Positions 51,820-59,326 of a stretch of DNA of 59,326 nucleotides are shown here, in pieces (positions within the stretch are counted from its first letter, which is position 1; each line of letters begins with the position of its first letter). Below the pieces are notes generated by a model. That model made no database searches, was not told where the DNA came from, and was given only the letters and a program-made list of their open reading frames with translations. Made by a program: the position numbers and the translations under genes. Origin of the DNA: Candidatus Parcubacteria bacterium (lineage in GTDB: Bacteria > Patescibacteriota > Minisyncoccia > Phycocordibacterales > PALSA-1337); the NCBI GenBank assembly GCA_039799225.1, contig JBDLTF010000006.1, positions 1-59,326 of the forward strand, written 5' to 3'.

Positions 51820-52273
51820 TGATTTTATAATTTAGCGCATGTCCTTCTATTACTTGTAATATCGAAGAAGGTTTAATGCGTTTTGTAATACTAATAATTT
51901 TCCACTTATTTTATTCACGCTATCGACACGCAAATAAAACATGTTGTGGTAAGACAATAACAAACTTTAACTGATTATTAAGTTGTCAAAGTTCGTTCTA
52001 CCGCAGATTGCTCTGGGTACGAATGTATAAAAGCGAGTAGGCCCTTACACACTCGTTACAAAGCATTGTACCCCATTTCTAGACCACGGCGCAAAAAGCG
52101 TTTGTGGATAACGCTGGCCGCCTATATGAACCTGTAGAAATGGCTCAAAATGGTCATTTATGGGTAACAGGCCAATATTAGCAGAAACGAGGTCTATGGT
52201 CAATGACGCACCGGCAGGCTATCTATTACATATATAGACTGCCAAAATAGGTGTTTTTGATACTTTTTGAGCT

Positions 52274-53059
52274 CTATTTCAGAGAATATCTGCTCCAACG
52301 ACGCTCACCCTCCTTTTTGACGATTCCTCGGTCCACAAGATCAATCAATTCCCTCTGAATAGTCTTTTCACTGCAGTCTTTGATGACCTTTGAGAAGTCT
52401 TTGATGGTCAAATTTGACTGGCCTTTAAGGACATTGATGATAGCCTCCTGGCGACCATCCTTCTTGGCCTGAACAGTCGTATGTCCTTCCAAAACCCTTG
52501 TTTTTCCTTGTTCTGGCTTCGTATGCATCGAACCCTGTCCTTGAGTACCTTTTCGTGAAGAACTATCCGGACGATGGTCGGCTTTGAACCCACTTGAGAA
52601 CATATCTGGCGTCCTAAAGAAGTTCTCAGAAAGGACATACCCTGCGTTTTCGGCGTTCTCAGCGAGGCGATCACGGAGCATGGCGACCACTCCATCAATC
52701 TCACGTACGAGGAGTGAATGGTTCATCTCAGAGATGAGATTGGATATCTTGGCAACATTGAGAAGAGAGATTGTCTCAAGTGCAGCTGTGAATAACGATT
52801 GGATAACTGCGCTCTTATCGCCCGGCATATTGCTTGATGCCATAAAGGACGAAGACATAAGGTCCATACCGTGGTCGCGCAATTCCCACTTCATTGGCTC
52901 GTCGTCCTTGAGAAGTCCGGACACGAGATAGAGGGCTGCGGTAATCTTTTCTGTCTTTTTGAAAACATACAGAAGATACTCCTGCGCCGAGAAGAAGCCC
53001 AGTGATTTCCAATTCAGAGGGTCTCCAGCGAATCCTTGGTTGTTTTCTTTTTTGTCCAT
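52274..53059 (-). CDS. putative transcriptional regulator with a C-terminal DeoR-like winged helix
   Basis: The C-terminal LTIKDFSKVIKDCSEKTIQRELIDLVDRGIVKKEGERRWSRYSL looks like a winged helix. Starts MDKKENN (53059). Confidence 0.5.
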   Translation of the reverse strand: MDKKENNQGFAGDPLNWKSLGFFSAQEYLLYVFKKTEKITAALYLVSGLLKDDEPMKWELRDHGMDLMSSSFMASSNMPGDKSAVIQSLFTAALETISLLNVAKISNLISEMNHSLLVREIDGVVAMLRDRLAENAENAGYVLSENFFRTPDMFSSGFKADHRPDSSSRKGTQGQGSMHTKPEQGKTRVLEGHTTVQAKKDGRQEAIINVLKGQSNLTIKDFSKVIKDCSEKTIQRELIDLVDRGIVKKEGERRWSRYSLK

Positions 53060-53206
53060 TATGTGAATATATTCTGTCCTATATGTCTGACATGAAAGTC
53101 CTTTACAAAAGGTGTACTTTATTGTCCTTGATGTGTCCATTATAGACGACTCTGGCTAGGATGCAAGTCCCGCTTTATAGGCGCTTTTCTATTTGGTGCA
53201 TGACGG

Positions 53207-53215
53207 TGCTATAAT
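53207..53215 (+). promoter_or_regulatory. extended -10 promoter element placing the TSS at or next to the ftsK ATG
   Basis: TGcTATAAT, with only 7 nt between the -10 box and the ATG at 53223. Confidence 0.5.
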
Positions 53216-53222
53216 CCTATGC

Positions 53223-55508
53223 ATGGCAAAGAAAAAAAATGACCTCGGCAAGAAAGCCCACTTCTGGGATGAACTCAAAGATGAGACTGTCCACACTATA
53301 TTAGCTCTCTTCTCATTCCTGATAACAATCCTGTCCCTTCTCGCAGCCTTCGGCAAAGCAGGCTTCGGCAACTATATATACAACTTCCTCCTCCAGCTCT
53401 GTGGAGTCGGCTACTATCTCATTCCGATCATGTTCGCCATGCTCGGCGTATCATTCTTGCAAGGACTCAAGAAGAAGGTAGAGATCACCAAGCTCATCGG
53501 TGCTAGTCTCTTCCTACTCTCAGGACTCGGCATCATCCATATGTCGTATGCAGAAGCAGGTGGCAGTGTTGGTCGTTGGATAGCAGGACCTCTGGTCACA
53601 TTCGTAGACTTTTGGGCCGCACTCGCACTCCTCATCGTTATATTTGTTGTATCAGTCATCATGACCTTCAATCTACACATCTCTGCACAGCATCTGATGT
53701 TCTGGAATTACTTCAAAAAGGCAGAAGTCGATGGAGAGGACGCGAAAACGGCAGCTGAACTTGAGGAAGATGAAGAACAACATATAGATGGTGTCGTCGC
53801 CAAGGCTACTGGTATGAGCAATCTTGAGCGTGCAGAAGCCATGCGCGTCGCAGAGGAACAACGTAAGCGTGATGAGGCAAACAAGAGACAGACGAGCAAG
53901 AAGAGTTCTTCAGGTGGTCTCCTCGATGACGATGGATCATTCGCTATGGTTGCCGCCATCACCCCCCACCTCAAGCCATTCAATCCTCCCCCACTTTCAC
54001 TTCTCGAAAAAGATAAGGGTAAGCCAGAAACTGGCGACATCAAGGCGAACGCCAACATCATCAAGCGTACTCTTCAAAATTTCAATATCACCGTGGAGAT
54101 GGACGAGATATCTATCGGTCCTTCAGTCACTCGATATGCTTTGAAGCCAGCTGAAGGAGTGAAGCTCTCGCGTATCGTCGGTCTCAACAATGACCTCGCA
54201 CTTGCACTCGCCGCTCACCCTATCCGTATCGAAGCTCCAATTCCAGGTAAGTCACTTGTTGGTGTCGAAGTCCCAAACACAGCCAAAACCACTGTCGGTC
54301 TCGCTACCCTGCTCAGTTCATCGGACTATCAGGGATCAGATAAACCTCTTCTTATGTCACTCGGTAAGGACATTACGGGAAAAGCTCACTTCTCGAACCT
54401 CGCCAAGGCTCCTCACGCCCTTATCGCTGGAGCAACTGGTTCTGGAAAGTCCGTGACTATTCATGCCATCATCACCTCACTCCTCTATCGCAACTCTCCT
54501 GAGAATCTTCGCTTCATCATGATCGACCCGAAGCGCGTTGAGCTCACCCTCTACAACAAGATTCCTCATCTTCTCACTCCCGTTATCACTGACCCTAAGA
54601 AATCTATTCTTGCTCTCAAATGGGCTGGTAAAGAAATGAGTCGCCGCTATGATGTGCTCGAGAAAAATGGCGTGCGCGATATCGACTCATATCACAAGAC
54701 CATTCTCGCCCCTGCACTCGATGCTTGGAAGAAGAGTGGTGCAGATAAGCAGCCTGAAGAAGGCGATGAGGCAGTGAAGCTCCCAGAAACCATGCCATAT
54801 ATCGTCGTCATCATCGACGAGCTCGCCGACATCATGCAGACCTATCCTCGAGAGCTCGAGTCCGCTATCGTCCGTCTCGCACAGATGAGCCGCGCTGTCG
54901 GTATCCATCTCATCCTCTCGACCCAGCGTCCGAGTGTGAATGTCATCACTGGTCTCATCAAGGCCAATATTCCTACTCGTGTCGCGCTTCAGGTCGCTTC
55001 ACAGATCGATTCACGCACCATCCTCGACCAGCAAGGTGCTGAAAAACTCCTCGGTGCGGGAGACATGCTCTATCTTGGAGGAGAGATGGCCAAGCCTATC
55101 CGTCTGCAGTCCGCATATATATCTGAAGCTGAGGTCAAGAAGGTCGTGAAGCACCTCGTCGACGAATACAAAGATGAAATCATGGATGAGGTCAATATTA
55201 TGCCGACTGAAGTCGGAGCAAGCGCCGCATTCGACTCAATGCTCAATAGTGACTCTCTTGAAGAAGAGGATGATCTCTATGAATCCGCTCGCGAAGCTGT
55301 CATTGCCGCTGGGAAAGCATCGACTTCATATCTACAGAGGAAGCTTGGTGTCGGATATTCTCGTGCAGCAAAGCTCATGGATCTCCTCGAACAGCACAGC
55401 GTCATCGGTCCTGCCAATGGGTCCAAGCCTCGAGAAGTCCTCGGCAGTAGTGCAGACCAGACTGCTATGGCCGAAGCTCTTCCCGCTTCATCTGAAGAGC
55501 CTGTCTAA
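53223..55508 (+). CDS. ftsK: DNA translocase FtsK/SpoIIIE
   Basis: N-terminal TM helices, Walker A IAGATGSGKSV, Walker B VVIIDELADIM, and a C-terminal gamma wHTH STSYLQRKLGVGYSRAAKLMD. Confidence 0.9.
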   Translation: MAKKKNDLGKKAHFWDELKDETVHTILALFSFLITILSLLAAFGKAGFGNYIYNFLLQLCGVGYYLIPIMFAMLGVSFLQGLKKKVEITKLIGASLFLLSGLGIIHMSYAEAGGSVGRWIAGPLVTFVDFWAALALLIVIFVVSVIMTFNLHISAQHLMFWNYFKKAEVDGEDAKTAAELEEDEEQHIDGVVAKATGMSNLERAEAMRVAEEQRKRDEANKRQTSKKSSSGGLLDDDGSFAMVAAITPHLKPFNPPPLSLLEKDKGKPETGDIKANANIIKRTLQNFNITVEMDEISIGPSVTRYALKPAEGVKLSRIVGLNNDLALALAAHPIRIEAPIPGKSLVGVEVPNTAKTTVGLATLLSSSDYQGSDKPLLMSLGKDITGKAHFSNLAKAPHALIAGATGSGKSVTIHAIITSLLYRNSPENLRFIMIDPKRVELTLYNKIPHLLTPVITDPKKSILALKWAGKEMSRRYDVLEKNGVRDIDSYHKTILAPALDAWKKSGADKQPEEGDEAVKLPETMPYIVVIIDELADIMQTYPRELESAIVRLAQMSRAVGIHLILSTQRPSVNVITGLIKANIPTRVALQVASQIDSRTILDQQGAEKLLGAGDMLYLGGEMAKPIRLQSAYISEAEVKKVVKHLVDEYKDEIMDEVNIMPTEVGASAAFDSMLNSDSLEEEDDLYESAREAVIAAGKASTSYLQRKLGVGYSRAAKLMDLLEQHSVIGPANGSKPREVLGSSADQTAMAEALPASSEEPV

Positions 55509-55514
55509 TCAAAC

Positions 55515-55868
55515 ATGACTCGCACCTCCCTCCTTCGTATCCTCAAGATTGGTGCTAGCATACTCCTCGTCCTCATCGTCGCGGGATATTCCATCTGGAG
55601 ATCTTCAGACTACGCACGTGGTCCACGCATCAACATAACGGATCCTCTGAACTGGAGCTCTATACAAGCATCCACTACTCCTATCCACGGCATTGTTGAA
55701 CGTGCTCATATCGTCACTATGAATGGTAAGCCGGTATCCATAGACGAAGCAGGAAATTTCAGTGAAATCATCATTGTATTCCCTGGCACGAATCTCATCA
55801 CCTTCATCGCAAAAGACCAGTTCGGTAGGTCGGTCGAGGAACGTCTCATCCTGACCAAAACTCCTTAG
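55515..55868 (+). CDS. single-pass membrane protein, hypothetical (117 aa)
   Basis: TM segment ILKIGASILLVLIVAGYSIW. Starts 6 nt after the ftsK stop. Confidence 0.55.
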   Translation: MTRTSLLRILKIGASILLVLIVAGYSIWRSSDYARGPRINITDPLNWSSIQASTTPIHGIVERAHIVTMNGKPVSIDEAGNFSEIIIVFPGTNLITFIAKDQFGRSVEERLILTKTP

Positions 55869-55978
55869 GATACGCAGAGATTAGGACACGGACGCGATAT
55901 TCGTTCAATATTTCCATCCCCTTCTTTTTCCCGTATCATTATAGGTACCTGCGACTTTACCAATACTAAACACACCCT

Positions 55979-57073
55979 ATGTCCACAAAGAAAAGCAAAG
56001 GAAAAGCGGCCGCATCCGAGGAAGTCGCTTCACCTCTAGAAGAAACTACTGAAGAGTCCGCTGAATCTACCGCATCCAAAGCCGCTGAGAAGAAAACTTC
56101 CGCCGGTATTATGGATGCTCTCGATGCCATCCGCGGCAAATTTGGCGATGACGCCATCATGAAGCTCGGTGACAAGCCCAAGGTTAATGTCGGTGCCATC
56201 CCTACCGGATCACTTGGTCTCGATTGGGCGCTCGGTATCGGCGGTATGCCCCGCGGACGCATCATCGAAATATTCGGTCCAGAATCTTCCGGTAAGACCA
56301 CTCTCGCCCTCCACGTCGTCGCTGAGGCCCAGAAGCTTGGTGGTGTCTGCGCCTACATCGATGCAGAACATGCTATGGACCCTGAATACGCTGGTAAGCT
56401 CGGCGTGAAGCTCAGTGACCTCCTCATCTCTCAGCCTGACACTGGTGAACAAGCTCTCGAGATCGTCGACAGTCTCATTCGTACCAACAAGATGGATGTT
56501 ATCGTTATCGACTCTGTCGCCGCACTCACTCCCCGTGCAGAAATCGAAGGTGATATGGGAGCACACCATGTCGGAGCTCAAGCTCGCCTCATGTCGCAAG
56601 CCCTCCGCAAATTGACCGCCATCGTCGCTAAGTCCAAGACTGTCGTCATCTTCATCAACCAGATCCGTATGCAGATCGGCGTCATGTTCGGCAATCCTGA
56701 AACTACCCCAGGAGGTAAGGCTCTCAAATTCTACGCCTCTGTCCGTCTCGACATCCGCCGTATCGCCCAGATCAAGAAGGGTGAAGAGATTATGGGAGGT
56801 CGTTGTCGTGTGAAGGTCGTCAAGAATAAGGTCGCTGCCCCATTCAAGCAAACTGAGTTCGATCTCATGTACAACGAAGGTATTTCCCAAGAAGGTGAAA
56901 TTATCGCGCTTGGCGAGAAGTATGAACTTCTCCAGAAGTCAGGTTCTTCATATTCCTACGGCGAAGTGAAGCTCGGTCGCGGCTATGATGCAACAAGACA
57001 ATTCCTCAAAGAGAATCCAAAGGTGAAGAGTGAAATCTTGAAAGCAATCCGTGGGAAGTTGAATGCTCAGTAG
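55979..57073 (+). CDS. recA: recombinase RecA (with an N-terminal acidic extension of about 30 aa)
   Basis: [33 protein letters not shown] and [22 protein letters not shown]. Confidence 0.95.
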   Translation: MSTKKSKGKAAASEEVASPLEETTEESAESTASKAAEKKTSAGIMDALDAIRGKFGDDAIMKLGDKPKVNVGAIPTGSLGLDWALGIGGMPRGRIIEIFGPESSGKTTLALHVVAEAQKLGGVCAYIDAEHAMDPEYAGKLGVKLSDLLISQPDTGEQALEIVDSLIRTNKMDVIVIDSVAALTPRAEIEGDMGAHHVGAQARLMSQALRKLTAIVAKSKTVVIFINQIRMQIGVMFGNPETTPGGKALKFYASVRLDIRRIAQIKKGEEIMGGRCRVKVVKNKVAAPFKQTEFDLMYNEGISQEGEIIALGEKYELLQKSGSSYSYGEVKLGRGYDATRQFLKENPKVKSEILKAIRGKLNAQ

Positions 57074-57102
57074 TTAAATAGAATTTATCAGATAGAGTAA
57101 TT

Positions 57103-57126
57103 CCCCGCTGAAAGGCGGGGTTTTGC
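57103..57126 (+). terminator. terminator after recA
   Basis: CCCCGC TGAAAG GCGGGG followed by TTTT. Confidence 0.7.
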
Positions 57127-57189
57127 TTTTTCCTCTCAAAACGGCTATATTGTTCGGGCTTACAAGAATCAATAACTAGCCCGACTCCT

Positions 57190-57762
57190 ATGGCCATCCT
57201 CGAATATAGTGAAATCACCGAAAAGAAATTCATCGTCCTCGACGGATCGCCGTATGAGGTCCTCTCATCTCATGTCTTCCGCAAACAACAGCGCAAGCCA
57301 GTGAATGCCACTAAGCTCAAGAACCTCATGACCGGCAAGGTTACCGAGTACTCATTCCATCAGTCTGAGAAGGTGCAGGAAGCTGAGATTGAGTCTCGCG
57401 AGGTCAAGTATCTCTACAACAGCCGTGGCGAGTGGTGGTTTTGCGAGGCAAGCGACCCATCCAAGCGATTCAAGGTCACCGATGAACAGGCTGGTCCGCA
57501 AGCGCGTTTCCTCAAGGCAAATAGTACTATCGATCAACTCCTCTTCGATGAGCAGCCTATGGGATTCAAATACCCTATCACCGTCGAACTCAAGGTGACT
57601 GAGGCTCCTCCAGGCATCAAGGGCGACACCGCGACTGGTGGTAGCAAGATTGTTACTCTCGAGAATGGCACAACCATCAATGCTCCCCTTTTCATTAACG
57701 AAGGAGATATCATCAAGATCAATACCGAAGCCGCAGAGTACCGCGAGCGCGTCGGAAAATAA
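57190..57762 (+). CDS. efp: elongation factor P
   Basis: 190 aa with three-domain EF-P length and motifs (FIVLDGSPYEVL, KLKNLMTGK, GDTATGGSK). Confidence 0.85.
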   Translation: MAILEYSEITEKKFIVLDGSPYEVLSSHVFRKQQRKPVNATKLKNLMTGKVTEYSFHQSEKVQEAEIESREVKYLYNSRGEWWFCEASDPSKRFKVTDEQAGPQARFLKANSTIDQLLFDEQPMGFKYPITVELKVTEAPPGIKGDTATGGSKIVTLENGTTINAPLFINEGDIIKINTEAAEYRERVGK

Positions 57763-57776
57763 TATTACCGGCAAAC

Positions 57777-57805
57777 AAAAAAGAGGCTTCAAAGCCTCTT
57801 TTTTG
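57777..57805. terminator. bidirectional terminator between efp and rpsR
   Basis: AAGAGGCTT CA AAGCCTCTT flanked by A- and T-runs. Confidence 0.8.
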
Positions 57806-57820
57806 TTATCTCTCGTGAGA

Positions 57821-58024
57821 TTAACTTGCAACGTATGGAAGGAGTCCCATGAAGCGTGCACGCTTGACGGCGACGTCGAGCTGGCGCTGATACTTTGCGG
57901 CGATACCTGTGCGCTTCCTTGAGAGGATGCGTCCGTGTGGGTTGAGAAACTTCTTGAGAATCTCAGTATCCTTATAATCGATGAACTTTATATTGTGTTG
58001 GCTGAAATAGCACTGCTTTTTCAT
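57821..58024 (-). CDS. rpsR: 30S ribosomal protein S18
   Basis: IDYKDTEILKKFLNPHGRILSRKRTGIAAKYQRQLDVAVKRARFMGLLPY. Confidence 0.95.
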   Translation of the reverse strand: MKKQCYFSQHNIKFIDYKDTEILKKFLNPHGRILSRKRTGIAAKYQRQLDVAVKRARFMGLLPYVAS

Positions 58025-58062
58025 AATAGTAATTTTAGGGTTTAGGGTTTCGTATTTAGGAT

Positions 58063-58512
58063 TTAGAACGGTATGTCCTCTGGGTTGATTTCTTCAGTCG
58101 GATAGTCGATCTTGTCTCCTGATGGCTCTCCAGCTTCTGGAGCCTTGGCTCCTGAACTTGCTGATGATGACGGAGCTCCTGTTGTTGGGCGGCTGCCAAA
58201 CTGGACAGTCTCAGCGATAATCTCGGTGCGGTATTTCTTCTCACCATCCTTACCATCCCATGAACGAGTCTGGAGGCGGCCTTCAACATATGCCTGTGAT
58301 CCCTTCTTGAGGTACTGAGCGACGAGTTCGCCCGTGCGTCCGAAGGCAGTTATGTTGTGGTACTCAGTAGAGTCCTGGCGAGTGCCCTCCTTATCTTTGA
58401 ATGAGCGGTTGGTAGCGAGTGAGAAACTGCAAACCTTGATGCCCGACGGCAAAGCCTTGAGCTCTGGGTCGCGGGTAAGGTTACCGATGATGAATGCTTT
58501 GTTGAGATACAT
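58063..58512 (-). CDS. ssb: single-stranded DNA-binding protein
   Basis: OB fold starting MYLNKAFIIGNLTRDPELK, a Gly/Pro/Ser-rich linker, and an acidic tail ending DIPF. Confidence 0.95.
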   Translation of the reverse strand: MYLNKAFIIGNLTRDPELKALPSGIKVCSFSLATNRSFKDKEGTRQDSTEYHNITAFGRTGELVAQYLKKGSQAYVEGRLQTRSWDGKDGEKKYRTEIIAETVQFGSRPTTGAPSSSASSGAKAPEAGEPSGDKIDYPTEEINPEDIPF

Positions 58513-58523
58513 AGTGGTATATA

Positions 58524-59006
58524 TTATACCTCTTTGACCATGTTTTCGATACTCTTGTCCATCTCTTCGATGGTTGCTGGAGCGGCGTCCTTCTTGTCTT
58601 CAACCTTGTCTCCCAATGGAGCTGAAGCTGAAACGAGGGCCTGAGCGCGCTTGCCGAGATAAGTGTTCTCGCGAACAGTTGATATGAGGAGCATGCGGAG
58701 CACTGAAGGATGGAGCTCGATGGCCTTCTTAACAGCCTCGATCTTGTCCGAGCCGAGCTCGAACTTGGTCCAACCGAAGTATGCGATGTCATACTTGTCA
58801 TAGCCTCCTGAAACAGTCTTCTTGCTCATCGTATATGCAAGGTGCTGGCGATGAGGAGCTTCCTCGGCGAGGACTGATGCTCCTGATCCGGTAATAATGC
58901 TCTTGACTGCATCTGCCTCTCCCTGGACCTTTTCCTCAGGAATGGACGATGCGATCAAATACCCTATCTCGTACACGGACTGTTCGTCGTGAATTGCTTC
59001 TGTCAT
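58524..59006 (-). CDS. rpsF: 30S ribosomal protein S6 (with a C-terminal extension)
   Basis: YEIGYLI...RQHLAYTM...GYDKYDIAYFGWTKFE...VLRMLLI. It heads the conserved rpsF-ssb-rpsR order. Confidence 0.85.
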   Translation of the reverse strand: MTEAIHDEQSVYEIGYLIASSIPEEKVQGEADAVKSIITGSGASVLAEEAPHRQHLAYTMSKKTVSGGYDKYDIAYFGWTKFELGSDKIEAVKKAIELHPSVLRMLLISTVRENTYLGKRAQALVSASAPLGDKVEDKKDAAPATIEEMDKSIENMVKEV

Positions 59007-59247
59007 GTGTAGTGCAGTCAGCTCCCCTTCGGAATGATCCTCTGGGACCCTGTATTGCCAGGATTATGGCTCAACAGGGACTTACTGCGATTACTAATAA
59101 TGTATATGGAGACTACCACGACAATTCCTCATGCGCAAGAGTATCGCTTCCCTGCAGGGAGGATATGGAGAGGCTTCACTACCATACCATTCTGAGATGA
59201 AGAAATCGTGAGGAACCGATAGAGTTTCCGTGACGAAACCCCCGCAA

Positions 59248-59288
<41 letters not shown>

Positions 59289-59326
59289 GTGGGTGGTGGA
59301 GTTATTTTTTATAAAAAAGATAAAAA

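Noticed and set aside
56210-56890. 226-aa ORF antisense to recA
   Set aside because: recA on the plus strand is unambiguous, so this antisense frame is a codon-bias artefact.

Overview
This 59.3-kb window reads as core chromosome from a small-genome bacterium. I infer a CPR/Patescibacteria (Parcubacteria-like) origin from the divergent 16S, the unlinked and intron-bearing rRNA genes, the many short membrane-anchored hypothetical proteins, and the lack of Shine-Dalgarno signals. Standard genetic code; TGA, TAG and TAA all act as stops.

Gene content, in order:
- 1-7.1 kb: a sugar-activation and glycosyltransferase cluster.
- 7.2-9.2 kb: a soluble VirD4/TraD-like ATPase with a long low-complexity tail.
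- 12.5-21.9 kb: a peptidoglycan-precursor neighbourhood holding mraY, an Mpl/MurC-like ligase and murD. These are interleaved with an ATP-grasp ligase, a cytoplasmic NlpC/P60-like protein, an ATE/Bpt-like aminoacyl-tRNA transferase homologue, a small zinc-ribbon protein, a fold-type-II PLP enzyme, and a secreted metalloprotease that looks foreign.
- radC and pyk.
- tRNA-Leu(CAG), tRNA-Ile(GAU) and a 131-nt tRNA-like RNA.
- A 16S rRNA gene separated by about 9.4 kb and eight protein genes (secDF, glycan genes, a SEDS protein) from a 23S-5S unit. The 23S carries an ORF-less group I intron at E. coli position 2593.
- rplJ-rplL.
- 44-52 kb: an envelope island with a beta-helix/lipase fusion, a Wzy-like protein with TPR repeats, and a PG-binding S-layer-like protein.
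- ftsK, recA, efp and rpsF-ssb-rpsR.

Most notable observations:
1. A family of about 120-nt giant hairpins with 40-42-bp arms, in two full copies and possibly a third at the contig end.
2. A tRNA-Ile-derived tRNA-like RNA with its own terminator.
3. A 16S 3' tail with no CCUCC anti-SD, together with -10 boxes placed 6-10 nt upstream of many start codons (leaderless-type initiation).
4. Independent promoters and terminators for the 16S and 23S-5S units.
5. Non-canonical enzymes embedded in the cell-wall precursor cluster.

No CRISPR array, transposase, integrase or reverse transcriptase was seen. The last ~80 nt (poly-G) are a sequencing or assembly artefact. RNA gene ends are approximate (about +/-5-10 nt). 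All homology calls come from motif recognition by eye, not database searches.
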